Shown here: positions 27,624-42,109 of the stretch, in pieces
Layout: each line of letters starts with the position of its first letter
Numbering within the stretch: the first letter of the stretch is position 1
Assembly (NCBI GenBank): GCA_051294375.1
Contig: CM119264.1
Location: 14,348,682-14,412,681, forward strand
Direction: 5' to 3'
From: Paraspadella gotoi
Taxonomy: Eukaryota > Animalia > Chaetognatha
Length of the DNA: 64,000 nt
Program-made: the position numbers and the translations under genes
The notes under the pieces: generated by a model
The model's database searches: none
The model's input: only the letters and a program-made list of their open reading frames with translations
What the model was told of the DNA's origin: nothing

Positions 27624-30002
27624 CCCGTCTCTTTCCCAAGGAACGGAAATCGTCGTCGACGGCGGCGTTGTGGGATCTTCAAACGACGACGACCTCGATC
27701 CCTTTGATGCAACATCCCGATCAGGGCGTCAACTCCATGGGCAACCCCATCCTACAGATCGAATATCCTCAACAACCCCCTCCCGTCTCTGTCTCCAAAT
27801 TTTGAAGTCCGAAAAACACAAAATTACAAACTTTNNNNNNNNNNNNNNNNNNNNNNNNNNNNNNNNNNNNNNNNNNNNNNNNNNNNNNNNNNNNNNNNNN
27901 NNNNNNNNNNNNNNNNNNNNNNNNNNNNNNNNNNNNNNNNNNNNNNNNNNNNNNNNNNNNNNNTCTCTCTCTCTCTCTCTCTCTCTCCTGCTCCGATGTG
28001 TATAGTTTTATAGTATAACCGTCAAAATCGTATATTGAAAGAAGATCGTTAAATATTATTTAAAGTTTTGTTGAAATATTTTTTCCCGGTTATTCTTATC
28101 ATGTGATGGAATGCCTAGAATTGTTGGATCGTAACTCAGTTGACTCGTTCATCGTTTCATTTTCCCGTAGCGTTCTGGAAAACTTGTTTCTGTACGTCTC
28201 ATATGTTGTGCGATGCCTATAATTAATTCAGTTTTTAATATTTGGGAATAAAAGTTACGATTTTGTGTTCGAATTATTGATTGCAAATTTTTTAAAGCAT
28301 AAGTATGTTTCGTCGGAAAAGGGGCCTTTTTGAAAGTATTAATTTTATTGTTGGAGATGATTACCCTAATTTCTTCAGTAGTTTCGTCCTTCAGTTTTTT
28401 ATCAATACATTTTCTTGCTTTTTCAATAATTCTCCTACCAGGTTTACCCTACAAAAAAAAAAATAAAAAACAGGAGAAAAATACAAACCAAAAAACAAAA
28501 ACAAACAAAAAAAAAACCAAAAGATTAAAAAATCCCGGATGTTTTTTCTATTGAATTGAACGATTTTTTCCCCCATTTTTTCCATTGATTGTAGTAATAA
28601 CCTTTCTCGTTTTATCCTCTGAACGGTTATGCCTACTTGTTAGTCCATTGTACCTCTTATTCTAGTCTGTGTCCATTAATTTGGACATGTTTAGTCTCAA
28701 TTACATAAAGGTATTTTCGCGTTTTCTTAAAAAATACATATAATATCTGTTGATCGTAAATCAATTTTTTTGTTATTTCACAACTCCTCTTGGTTGGTAG
28801 TGTAGACAATTATTGACCAGAAAGCTAATGATTTTTCTTTTTTTACAAATGGATGTATTTAATTAAGATTAAGATTAATCATATGTCTTTAGAAGTAAGG
28901 AAAAAATATTCGAGAAGCGAGAAAACAAAAAGGAAAAAATTTTCATCACGTTTCGTTCTCTATTTTCAGTGACTCAAGGACGTCGAAAAAAAAAGGGAGA
29001 TAATGAAAGAAAAAAAAAGAGGAAAAGAAAGGTAGAGAAAGAAAAACAGAGAAAAGTCCTTTAAAAACTTGACTTGAGAGGCTGACCATCTACCGTCGTA
29101 GAAAATGTTTTTGTTATGTTTTTCCCATCATCTCTCTCTCTCTGTCTCTGTCTCNNNNNNNNNNNNNNNNNNNNNNNNNNNNNNNNNNNNNNNNNNNNNN
29201 NNNNNNNNNNNNNNNNNNNNNNNNNNNNNNNNNNNNNNNNNNNNNNNNNNNNNNNNNNNNNNNNNNNNNNNNNNNNNNNNNNNNNNNNNNNNNNNNNNNN
29301 NNNNNNNNNNNNNNNNNNNNNNNNNNNNNNNNNNNNTCATTCCTTCCTTTGATTTATGACATGTTTTCCATTAGGGTTCTTTTCTATTTAGTATTCATCT
29401 TAGCCCTTGAGGTTTAGTTTACCATAGCACTTTTTTTTCTGTCGTTTTCACTTTTCCGCTAGTACTCGCGAGTACTCGCGGTGCAAGTGAGTTATTACAG
29501 TTTAGACTTATTAAAGAGGTCAGGTATCAGTAAATGCTTGTTTCACACATATAGAGCCACCAGGCGACGAATTGGTTATTTTAGTCAGNNNNNNNNNNTT
29601 CGAACTTACCCAATTTTCTGCATCGTTGAATCTGCAGGAAACTGAAGATTTTTTTGGACTAATTTTCTTTTCATTTTGTGATTTTTTTTAAATCTTTTTT
29701 TTCTAAAATCCAATTGTACGGGAACCCTAAATTTGTTTGCATAACTAGTTGTTAGTTTCGTGTTCTCGATTTTTTTTTTAGAAAGAAACTAATGATCTTT
29801 TTGATAACTTTCTCGATTTAAATTTTTACTGAATCGCGCAACTTTTCTAATTTTTATACTATATTGTCATTTTGTCTGTTTGTCTCGTCTTTTTTTTACG
29901 AAAATTTAATTCCTTTGTTTCACTGAAAAGATTTTTACTCAGCCTTTTTTTTTCTTGCGCTAATCGACAGTTTCTAATTCAATAACGCTTTCACTAAGAA
30001 AC

Positions 30003-30037
<35 letters not shown>

Positions 30038-30163
30038 NNNNNNNNNNNNNNNNNNNNNNNNNNNNNNNNNNNNNNNNNNNNNNNNNNNNNNNNNNNNNNN
30101 NNNNNNNNNNNNNNNNNNNNNNNNNNNNNNNNNNNNNNNNNNNNNNNAAGGGGCAGTGAAGAG

Positions 30164-30202
<39 letters not shown>

Positions 30203-30780
30203 TTTTTTCTTTTTTCTCTTCCTCCCTCCCTTTCCTTTCTTCCTCTCTGCCGATTATTTATTCATGATGTTTTGTTTTCCCGTTAGAGGTCGCGAAGATG
30301 TCACTTTCTCCGTCGTGCCACAATATTTCGATACTTTTTGTTACGATAAAAGTAATAAGCTTGATAAATAATTGACGTAATAATTGACGATGAGATTAGG
30401 AATATCAATTTTCGAAATACTTGTATTCGTTTCTTCGTAGTTTATATTAATTTTGGAAAAGAACAAAATCTCATTTTTATTCTTAGTTCTGACTTTCTTT
30501 TTTGGATGTTTTCGTATGATCGATAAAGTTGATTTTCCCTAAAATTTTTTTCTTAAGCGAGAATGGTCAACGTCATTGTTCCAAGCGACGTTTCAGGCCG
30601 CTGCGTTAGTGACAAACGACCCTGTCATCGTCGGTGTCATTGTCGTCACTGTCATCCCTGTCGTCTTCTCCGCCCGCTTCGTCGTCGTCAGAAGCCGATA
30701 TCCCTCGAAACGTCAGGCGTCAGGCGTCAGGCGTCTCTCTCTTCGGCTTATCTTTTCGTTTCCGGTGACAAATCTGACGC

Positions 30781-30819
<39 letters not shown>

Positions 30820-31500
30820 AGATCGCCATTACTTTGTATATTGAAACGCCACTTACTATATGCGCTCTCAAGATTATTCGATTTTATTCTTCCTGTTTTG
30901 TCTTTTATTTTTATCTCTCTTTCTTTATCAATTCTTTCTTTCTCACTCTTTCTCTCGTGATCAAAAAACCGCACCAGGTTTGTTTTTTTTGTTTGCCGAG
31001 GAAAAATTCAAATTGTGTTCGAGTCGCAATGACCCCAGGGCAGAGATCATTCAGTCTCAGGAGAAAAAGGATAAAAAAAAAAGAAGGATTGAGGAAGAAG
31101 TTAAAAAGGAAAGGAGAGAGAATAAACAGCGCCTTTACTGATCCTTGACTTAATCTGTTTATCTTTGTCAACTCAACTTCTTACTAGATGGAGAGTTTTC
31201 TTGACTTTGGCCACGCATTCTCTTTTTTTCGCGTCGACTGCTTCTGCAGTTTGTAGTCAGATGAAGAGAGTTGAATGCTGGGACAGTTGAGGGAAATCTC
31301 GACTGTTTATCTGACGTTTGACGACACTTATCTTCTTTCCGTCATGCCCCCTCTCTCCCCCCCCCAAAAAAAAACAAACAAACTGGTGATTTGTTTTCTC
31401 TTCGTCGTCTTCGTCGTCGTTTTCGTTGTCATCGTCTATCTTTTTGCTTCGACTTGAAGTCAGATTGACATCTTCAGAATTGGCAATACGAATCTTCTGC

Positions 31501-31760
31501 AATCAAATCAATCGAATCAATCAAATCAATAAAATCAGTCAAATCAATCAAAACAATCAAATCAATCAAATCAATCAAATCAATCAAATCAATCAAATCA
31601 ATCAAATCAATCAAATCAATCAAATCAATCAAAACAATCAAATCAATCAAAACAATCGAATCAATCAAATCAATCGAATCAATCAAATCAATCAAAACAA
31701 TCAAATCAATCAAATCAATCGAATCAATCAAATCAATCGAATCAATCAAATCAATCAAAT
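31501..31760 (+). repeat. 9-bp tandem repeat (AATCAAATC)n, about 29 units with AATCGAATC/AATCAAAAC variants
   Basis: Seen directly. It generates the spurious NQI-repeat ORF. Confidence 0.95.
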
Positions 31761-31879
31761 TAACTTTAAAGTCATGTCAGCCTCTTCATCGTTTGTCTTA
31801 TTCTTCTTTTTCCCTGTTCGTCTTCCTCCTCTTCATTTTAGGCGACCTCGTCCACTTTTCACGAGTGCGTCGTCCTCGT

Positions 31880-34800
31880 CATCAGCCTCGTCTTCGTCTT
31901 CCTCACCCTCCTTCTCTTCCTCACCCTCCTTATCTTCCTCACGCCTCCTTTCTCTTCTCACCCCCTTCTCTTCCTCAACCCTCTCTCTTCCTCACACCTC
32001 CTTCTTCTGTCCTCAACCGCTCCTTCTCTTCCTCACCCTCGCTTTCTCCTCAACCTCCTTCTCTTCTCTCCACCTTCTTTTCTCTTCCTCATCCTCCCCT
32101 TCTCATTCCTCACCGCCTCCTTCTCTTCCCCTCAATCTCCTTCTTCGTTCCTCAACCCTCCCTTCTCTCATTCACCCTCCTTCTCTTGCCTCACCCTCCT
32201 TCTCTTTCCTCACCCTCCTTCTCTTCCTCACCCTCCTTCTCTTCCTCAAACCCTCCTTCTCTTTTCTGCAATCTCTCTTCTCTTCCTACCCTCCTTCCTC
32301 TCCCAACGAGAGTGACCTAATATATGCGTCCGTCCTCTGGTGGGTAAACCTCTCCTTCTCTCTCTTTCTCTACTTCTCTAATCCTCACACCTCCTTTCTC
32401 TTGCCCTCACTCCTCACTAATCCCCTCTATACCTCACCGTGCTTCGTGGCGTACTCTCAATTTCATCAAACTCCCTTCTCGTCTCTTACTCTCTCTCTCT
32501 CCTCCCTTTAATTTTTTTACATCAGCTTTTTTTTCTGTCTCTTCTCTCTCTTTTCACTGATATCAAGCAGGGCGCGAACCAGAAGTCCTTTGGATTAGGA
32601 GGAGCCTCGCGCTCGCTACCCTCCCGAGGCTACCGGACGATGTCCAGCTTCTCTCTTCTCTCTCTCTCTCTTTTCCCCGTACGCAAAGCTGGCTCTGATT
32701 CTGATTTGTGAAAGGTAGTCCGTCCGGTCGGTCGTCGCTGTTTGTCATCGCGCATCACATCTTATCCTCAGACCTTTGTTATACTTCTCTTTGCCAACCT
32801 TCTTTGTGCAATACCTTTTTCAACTTGCCAACTACTTTTTTTTTAATTTTGTATATTCCTATCTTTTCAATTTGTATAAATATACTTTTACCAAACCCTT
32901 GTCATACATTTTCTTAAATTTGCATAATTTTTTTTCTAACTTGGCATAATCTTCTTTCAACTTTGCATAAGTTTTTTCAACTTTTAACTATCTAGTTATC
33001 AAAGTATCCATTAGTGATGTCGCAAGTGAACAGGAAGTTTGAACATGCTACGCACTCACTCCTGCTGCTTCTCTCAATCTCCATTTCTTTTTTTGTTTTT
33101 TTTCATATCCGATCTTTTCCAAATATTTTTTTGTTCCTGAACTTTCGTATTAACAGCAATATGCAAAATTAGAGTATACGTTAATTTTTCATTAATTTTC
33201 TTTGATAGTAACGGTCGGCGAGTCACTATACTATTTCTAAGATGTTTTTTTTTTCGCTATTTGCTGTTTACACTTTTGTTTGCAAACAGTGGCTAACAGT
33301 CCTTTTTCTTTTTATAGTGACGCCCATCATGACCGGCGCAAAGCTCGGTTTCAGGCTTGATTTTTGTTTCGGTGAGTCTTCTCTGTGACGCTAGCTCGTC
33401 GTCCGATCTCTCTTCCTGAGATCGGCTCTCGACTATCACTGTGCTTCATCACCCCTGTTTCTTATTCCTTTACTCAAATATTATACTTCATCCTAATCCG
33501 TCCTTTCCTCTTCTTCTATACGTTTGGCTTTCAGTGCGCTATCTACTATAAATCTTTCACAATAAGTATACCTACACGATGCCTCCTTTCGCTCCATCGC
33601 ACTCCTTACTAAATCAAAGAAAATTAATGAAAAAGTAACTATACAGTTTCCTCTCTCATTTGCTTATGTCTGAATAAAATTATGCAAGTCTGACACAATA
33701 AGTTACTGCACAAGTTGAACAACACAATTTATGCTCCAAGTCTCCGCACCTTAAATAATTATGTCAAGTCTCTTTATAAAAAATCTCATACGCACACGTT
33801 TTCACGAAAAAATTATAACTATTCCTCATCATCTAAACCCGAATTGAAAAAATAATGCAGTCCTCGGCATGATCCAGTAAATCACATCATCAGCTTATTT
33901 TTTTCATCAGAATATCTATACGGATGAGTGACCACATTCGTTCATGATTTTCGTAAGAAAAAATACTGCCCAAGTTGCAAAAATAATTTGGCAGAGTGTT
34001 CAAAACAGGACGGGACAAGGTTGGGAAAGGAGGAGGAGGAGGAGGAGGAAAGGAAGAAGGAGGAGGAGGGCGAGATAAAAAAACGAAAGGAGAGTATAAA
34101 GGTGTGAGCAAAGGGTGTATTCCTGAGACAGATATATTCTTCAAGATGTGAAACTGTCACGAGAGAGGAAGAGAGGCGAAAGGAAGTGAGGAAATGTGAA
34201 ATAAGTATTGAAAAGAAAAGATAGAAATTAGCAAGGAGAGTTAGAAGAGAAACAAATTAATAGAGAAAAGCAAAGTAATGGAAAAAAAAGTAATCGTGAG
34301 AGTCGCAAAAAAAAAAGATAATAGGAGAAAAGAATATAAAAAGTTGTCATGGAGTTTTGTGATTGAATTTTGTCTTAACAAATAATACTTCCGGCCTACG
34401 TCCTTGTTCGTCCGGTCCGTCCGTGCGTTTGCAGTAACAGAATCACGTAATTGCGCACACAGAACAGTCAACAATGCATCTTCCATGAACCGCTTCGGCT
34501 CCCCCAAGCGGAGGTTAAGAATCGCCTCTTGTGACCCGAGTCTCCGTTTTTTCTGACCAGAGAAAAAATCTTGTCATTTCTAATCATAGTTATACTTATG
34601 TCAATCTCCGCTACGTAAAAAGGAAAGGGCCACCACGTCGGCGACAGTGTTTCGTACTGAAAAAGAGAATTCTGAACAAACAAAATATTCATTTTTATCA
34701 CTCGCCAGCAAACTGTAATGTTTTACAATTAAATCGTAGTATTCTGATGCGGATTGTCTCTGTCATAAATCGTACCCTCTCTGTCACCATTGCTGATAAA

Positions 34801-37800
34801 ATGGGTCACCGAGAGCGTGATATTTTTTATCATTATTGCCAGCAGATACTTCGTGCTGACGAAATAATCTAATCTTGTTAACTGTTCTAAACAAGTTGAA
34901 AAAATTATGCAAAGTTGAAAAATAATATGCAAGTTGAAAAAATTAATGGCAAGTTGAAAAATTATGCAAGTTGAAAAAATTATGCACCAGTGTGAAATAA
35001 ATTATGCAAGTTTTGAAAAAATCTGCAAAAGTTTGAAAAATTATACGCAAAAAGTCATGAAAAATTATGCCAAGTTGAAAAAATTATGAGCAAAGTTGAA
35101 AAAAAATTATGCCAAGTTGAAAAAATTATGCAAGTTGAAAAAAATTATGCAAGTTGAAAAAAAAGACTTACACAACATGGGCAACACAAACTTCGCAAGC
35201 TTAATGACCATCATTTAGTCTTTACAAACCACACACAAAATTCTTTAGTTCTTACCTCCATCTTCCACCAATCTTCTTTGCCCCATTTCTCCAGAGAGTA
35301 GCAGCACCAGACTTCCTCCACCTTCCTTCCCGCGGCCTCCCCTCCCCCTTTCTATCCTCCTACCCTCCTACGCCCTTCCCCCCCTTCCTTTCTTTTCCCT
35401 TTCTTCACCTCGTCCCTTCGCCAGAGGACAGTCGGGTTGCATTTTGCATGGAGAATGACCCCTGGTGACCTCGGCCTTTAAATAGTCAGCCCATTGGCCC
35501 TGTCCGCTAGGAATCCTCAATCTTATTCCTCTCCCCCGCCCGTCGTCCGCTTTTCTCTCCTCGCGCCGCGGGATTCTTGATTTCTTTATCAAAATTTCAC
35601 GCTTTCTTTCTTCCTTTTTTTTTTGCCCATTTTGTTTTTTTTACTCTTGAGTCCTTGTTTTGTCTCTTTTAGATTTTCATATGTTTCTTCTACTTTATTA
35701 CGATTTTTTTTCGTTTATACTTCAATTCTTTCTATATTCTTATTTCATTAATTTTGCCTCTTTTCCTTTCTTTCTTCTCTTTTCTTCTTTTCTTTATTTC
35801 TTTTTTTATTTCTGTATTTCTTTTTTTTATTTCTTTATTTCTTCTTTTATTTTTCTTTTTTTTCTTTGCTTCTCCGTGTTTAGCCCTCTTTTCTCTTCCT
35901 TTTTTCTTTTGAAAATCTCTTTTCCTAATTCAGCCATCGTCAATCATTTGTTTGAAAGCCTCAATCGTTCTTCGCGACAGGAAAATAAGTCGGGGGATTA
36001 ACGAAACAACAAGTTGGGATTTGATTAATGTTTTCGTTTGATCGATAATTCGACCAAACGTGGCTGAAAACGTTTCATTACTAAACTTTCGTCAAACGAC
36101 CAAATTATTACATAACTATTTTTCACTCTAGCGGATATTCCGCTGTCGTTTGACCATTTCTCGGCGATTTCCGGCTCCATTGCAGTTTCATTCCCGCCAA
36201 GAAATCCATCTTTCTTTTGTCTCTTAATTGTCCGCGTGATGACGAGAATTTGCAGAAAACAAAAAATGAATTTTTTNNNNNNNNNNNNNNNNNNNNNNNN
36301 NTCTCTTCTCTTCCTCAACACCTAACTTCTCTTCCTCACCTCCTTTTCCTCACCCCCTCCTTCTCTTCCTCACCCTCCTTTCTTCCTCACGCCTCCTTTC
36401 TCTTCTACCCTCCTTCTCTTCCTCAACCCTCTTCTCTTCCTCACCCACCTCCTTCTTTCTTCCTCACCGCTCCTTCTCTTCCTCACCCTCCTTCTCTCCT
36501 CACCTCCTTCTCTTCTCGTCCACCTTCTTCTCTTCCTCACCTCCCCCTTCTTTCCTCACGCGCCTCCTATCTCTTCCCCCTCTCTCCTCTACTCCTACGT
36601 TCCTTCATCCCTAACCTCTTCTCTCTTCACCCTCCTTCTCTTGCCTCACCCTCCTTTCTTCTCACCCTCCTTCTCTTCCTCACCCCTCCTTCTCTTCCTC
36701 AACCTCTGCTCTTTTCTGCAACCTCTTCTCGTTCCTACCCTCCTTCTTCTTCCTCACCCTCCTTCTCTTCCCTCACCCTCCTTCTCTTCCTTCACCCTCA
36801 TTCTCTTCCTCACCCTCCTCTCCCTCACCCCCTCTTCCTCTTCCTCACCCCCTCGTTCCCTTCCTCACCCTCCTTCTCTTCCTCATCATCTAAACCCCGT
36901 CTGATCCCGTAAACATCATCTCTGCTTTTTTTTTCTCGTCCAGCGGAGATGAATTCTTCATATTCTGCGCCCTTGTGTCACGGACGAACAAGGTTGGGAA
37001 AGGAGGAGGAAGAGGAAGAGGAAGAGGAGGAGGAGGGCGAGATAAAAAACCAGGGTAAGGGTAAAGGTTTCCTGACTGATTCTTCAAGTGTGAAACTTAG
37101 AGGAAGAAGGCGAAGGAGTGAGGAAAATGTGAAAAATAAAGAGATAAGGAGGAAGAACAGAGAAAAAAGACGTGAGATGAAAAAAAAAAAGAGAATGAAA
37201 AAAGTTTTGGTTGTTTTGTCTTCATCTTCGTCGTCCTTGTCGTCGTCGTCCTTGTCGTCGTCCACAGAACAGTCACAATCATCTTCCAATGAACCCTTCG
37301 GCCCCCAAGCGGAGTTAAGAATCGCCTCTTTGTGACCCTCGTTTCTTCCCGAGCAACTTGTCATTTCTATCATTTACTTGTCAACTCCGTCGTAAAAAGG
37401 AAAGGCCACCACTCGGCGACATGTTTCGTCCTGAAAGAGAATCTCCCCATTTTCTTTTTCCGCCCAAACTGTTTTTTTCTTTCTGTTCTGATGCGGTTGT
37501 CTTAAATGTACCTCTCTGTCACCAGCTTTTTGTCCGCGTGGTTTTTTCTTATGCAACTCTCTCATCTTTACTTTCTAAACCGTTTGATCAACAACACAAC
37601 ACAACAACGCAACAACACTTCCGCAACAACCTCTTTAGTCTTTACCCAAATCTTCCCAATCTTCTTTCCCCATTTCTCCAGAGAGTAGAGCACCCAGACT
37701 TCCTCCACTTCCTCTGCCGCGGCCTCGCCCTCCTCCCTTCTATCCTTCCCTACTCCTACCCCTTCCCCTTCTTTCTTTCCTTTCTTCACCTCGTCCTTCG

Positions 37801-38620
37801 CCAGGAGACAGTCGGGTTGCCATTTGCATGTAATGACCCCTGGTGACCTCGCCTTTAAATACAGCCCATTCCCCATCAGGGAATCCTCAATCTTATTCCC
37901 TCTCCCACCGCCCGTCATCGCTTCTTCTCGCCCCGCCCGCGGGATTCTTGATTTCTTTATCAAAATTTCACGGCTTTCTTTCCTTTTTTTTTCCCCCATT
38001 TTGTTTTTTTACTCTTGGTCTTGTTTTTCTCTTTTAGATTTTCATATGTTTCTTCTACTTTATTACGATTTTTTCGTTTTAACTTTCAATCTCTTTCTAT
38101 ATTCCTTAATTTCATTAATTCTTCTCTGTTTCTTTCTTTCTTCTTTCTTCTTCTTATTTCTCTTTTTTATTCTTCTGTATTCTTTTTATTTTCTTATTTC
38201 TTCTTTATTTTTCTTTTTTCTTGCTTCTCCGTGTTTAGCCTACTTTTCTCTTCCTTTTTTTCTTTTGAAACTTCTTCCTAATTCAGCCATCGTCAATTCA
38301 TTGTTTGAAAGCCTCAATCGTCTCTCGACAGGAAAATATCGGGGTGATTAACGAAACAAACAAGTTGGGATTGATTAATGTTTCGTTTGATCGATAATTC
38401 GACCAAACGTGGCTCAAAACAGTTTTACTAAACTTTCGTCAAACGACCAAATTTATTACATACTATTTTCAACTCTAGCCGGAATATTCCGCTGTCGTGA
38501 AAGTTGAAACCATTTTCTCGCGATTCCGGCTCCATTGCAGTTTCATTCCGCCAAAGAAATCCTTTTGTCTCTTAATTGTCGCTGATGACGAGAAAATTTG
38601 CAGAAACAAAATGAATTTTT
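31880..38620. repeat. Direct duplication across the 25-N gap: noisy copy 31880-36276 versus 36302-38620, including a CT-rich ~18-bp repeat (TTCTCTTCCTCACCCTCC)
   Basis: Shared anchors: CCTCATCATCTAAACCC (33824/36880), ACAAGGTTGGGAAAGGAGG (34015/36988), CCCCCAAGCGGAG (34501/37302), CCCTGGTGACCTCG (35460/37838), GACGAGAA..TTTGCAG (36241/38587). Confidence 0.85.
34893..35162 (+). repeat. ~18-bp satellite (AAGTTGAAAAAATTATGC)n, with a degenerate inverted block at ~32810-32985 and remnants at ~33675-33740
   Basis: About 14 units seen directly. Reverse-complement units (GCATAATTTTTTCAACTT-like) occur upstream. Confidence 0.85.
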
Positions 38621-39201
38621 GCTGATGACGTATTTTCAATTCTCTCGATGCTTCGTGAATTTTAAAATTTATTCGATCGTAAGTCCGACTCAACTGTAAA
38701 TTTATTTTGTCCTTTTGAATTTTTCATCCTCATTTACATAATATAATCACTCTGTGTATAGTTACGAGACTAGGCCTCATAATTATTTTCTATCTGTATG
38801 ACAAAAAGAAATTAAATTTGATTCTTATTTTTAAATTAAAAAAGCCCTAGATTTAAGTATATATATCTAAATATATTTACATTTTCTTGATAAAAAGACA
38901 GTCATCGCAATCTATTCTTATGAATAATAACCGCCATCCACAATTCGCAACCAAAGAAATTCCCAATAAAAAAAGTTCTCAAAAAAAAAAAAAGATTCCA
39001 TAAATTCAAAGAATTGGCAATGAGGCATTGTCTTCGGTTTGCATTGTCTTCGGTTTGGCCCTCCTCTCTTCGAACTTCCCCCTTTCTTGCTCAAAAACGA
39101 TTTGCTAAACCAAAATACAGAAGTCGTTAGAGACACTGCGGTTGACGCTGGGAAAAAATTCGAACCAGAAAAAAAAAAGAACAAGAAGAGAGAGAGAGAG
39201 A

Positions 39202-39268
<67 letters not shown>

Positions 39269-39618
39269 GAAGAGAGAGAAGGGGCAGAGAGGGGATTGAT
39301 TGTTTGAGAAACCATTTCTCTTTTTTAGAGTTTTTGTTGTTTCCTGCTTTCCTTTTTTTTTCTCCCTTTCGATATCCATGCTGCCCAGATTTCTTTTGAC
39401 TTCTCGCGGATTTGAGGATATAAAAATGTCAATTTTCCTGATTGCTTTTTGCGTGCAGTTTTCTGAGCAAAATACCTTCAATACGTTGTAATATACACTA
39501 ACAAAAAAAAGAACAAATAACAAAGAAAGAAAGAAAAGGGAAGGAAGAAAGAAAAAAAGGAAAGAAAGAAAGAAAAAAAAGGAAAGATTTGTGAAGTGAA
39601 TCCATCATCGATTTGTAA

Positions 39619-39998
39619 CTGAGCTTAAGCTCGAACCTTTTTCCTCGATTAACCAACGAGACTCAAACTTTGCGACTGCGACAACCTGAAGATCCTCTTA
39701 ATCGCTCATCCAGGTGCTCGACACAAAAAAAAAAACCTCAACGTTTGCCAATTGCCACCTGATTTTTCTGAGCCTGTTGCGCCCTCTTTGGTTTTAACGT
39801 GAACGTCTGTTTGTTCTTGCGCAGGGAAGGGTATACTCGGTAGGAAGGGTAACGGAGGTAAACGGATGTAAAACTGATGGTCTGTGGGGTAGGGATTCGA
39901 TACTTAGCAAAAGATTTATAATTAAATTTCTTTAATATTCGCCAAATGTGTCACAAATAAGAAAAAAATTAAGTTTTAATCTCTCTCTCTCTCTCTCT

Positions 39999-40056
<58 letters not shown>

Positions 40057-40893
40057 TCTTTTCTCTCTCTCTCTTCTCTCTCTCTCTCTCGTCTTCCTTG
40101 GCCGTTTTACCGGACTATTTTTTTTTTTCACTTCCTGCGTTCGTTGCCGTCATCCATCCATCCTCATTCGGGAAAATCATTTATTTGTTCTCTCTCTCTC
40201 TCTCTCCCTCTCTCTCTCTCTCGTCTCTCTCCCACGTCTCTCTCTCTCCTCTCTGCTCTCTCTCTCCTCTCTTTCAGTATTGCTGCCTTGTTTATATTGT
40301 GAAAGATGAATGGATGAGAATTTTTTATGAGGGAGATTTTTGCCATTAACTTATGATATATTGAGGTGAGCGCGGGACAAAAAAAAAGTGGCTTCGCCTG
40401 ATTAAGTCGATGCACCTTGCGTCGGTCTTCGTTAAAGAAAATTTATTAATTTATATATTTACAACGTGATGAAACATGGTTATAATTTCTTTTTGTTTTT
40501 CTTTATCAATTCATTTACTAAAATGTTATCAAACAACTTACTGAGCTAAGCTCGACCTTTTTCCTCGATAACCAACGAGACTCAAACTTTGCGACTGCGA
40601 CAACCTGAAGATCCTCTTAATCGCTCATCCAGGTGCTCGACACAAAAAAAAAAAAAACCTCAACGTTTGCCAATGCCACCTGATTTTTCTGAGCCTGTTG
40701 CGCCCTCTTTGGTTTTAACGTGAACGTCTGTTTGTTCTTGCGCAGGGAAGGATACTCGTAGGAAGGGTAACGGAGGTAACGGATGTAAAACTGATGTCTG
40801 TGGGGTAGGATTCGATACTTAGCAAAAGATTTATAATAAAATTTCTTTAAATATTCGCCCAATTAGTTAATCTCTCTCTCTCTCTCTCTCTTT

Positions 40894-40992
<99 letters not shown>

Positions 40993-41084
40993 TCCTTGGC
41001 CGTTTTACCGGACTATTTTTTTTTTTCACTTCCTGCGTTCGTTGCCGTCATCCATCCATCCTCATTCGGGAAAATCATTTATTT

Positions 41085-41126
<42 letters not shown>

Positions 41127-41390
41127 AGTATTGCTGCCTTGTTTATATTGTGAAAGATGAATGGATGAGAATTTTTTATGAGGGAGATTTTTGCCATTAA
41201 CTTATGATATATTGAGGTGAGCGCGGGACAAAAAAAAAGTGGCTTCGCCTGATTAAGTCGATGCACCTTGCGTCGGTCTTCGTTAAAGAAAATTTATTAA
41301 TTTATATATTACAACGTGATGAAACATGGTTATAATTTCTTTTTGTTTTTCTTTATCAATTCATTTACTAAAATGTTATCAAACAACTTA
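39619..41390. repeat. Tandem duplication of ~0.9 kb (39619-40540 and 40541-41390)
   Basis: Both units start CTGAGC(T)TAAGCTCGA and end GTTATCAAACAACTTA. They differ mostly by indels and (CT)n length, and a 25-N gap follows at 41425. Confidence 0.92.
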
Positions 41391-42071
41391 TTTCAAAATT
41401 AGTAGACAGAGGCTAGTTTATACCNNNNNNNNNNNNNNNNNNNNNNNNNCAATGAAAACATTTTATAAAAATGTAAATGAAAAAAAAAAGTGGTCAAAGC
41501 ACAGATTGCATGCACGAAACCTAAGAGAAAGTTAATGAAAAAAAAAATATATCGACGGGGCGAAAATTAATGCAGAGTGAAATGAATTATATCGAGGGAA
41601 AGGAGCGGGGGAAAAACGCGTGCTTGAGACGAGGAGAAAATCTTTAAGAAATCAGAAGCGTGAAATATAAAAACCAAACCATAATCACTTTTCTGGTTTG
41701 AATTACATTTTTTTAAATTTATTTATTTTTATTTATTTTTTTTATTATTTTAATTATAATTACCATTATTGGCATCATCAGTATGATTATCGTTAGCTTG
41801 CATACTCTTAGTAGTTGTAACAATTTAAAACGTTTTTAACTAAATAATGAGTCAGGGTCCAGTCACAAGAACTTAACGGAGTCAGCCTCCCTTTGTGGCA
41901 ACTCTAGCGTCACAAAGTGTCGGCTTTGACTAAACTGTGATCCTTAAAATGAATGGCGTCACAAAGGAGAAAAAGGAATAAGTGGTAAGGGACGATCCGG
42001 AGTAAGATGTAAATTAATGAGTTTGTACATTATGAGGGCGGCGGCTGACTTTGCTGTTAGACATGATAATA

Positions 42072-42109
<38 letters not shown>

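Noticed and set aside
31426-32511. 361-aa ORF with NQI repeats and a Ser/Leu/Pro-rich tail (longest ORF in the track)
   Set aside because: It is fully explained by a 9-bp tandem repeat plus CT-rich repeats that lack stop codons. There is no splice or homology support.
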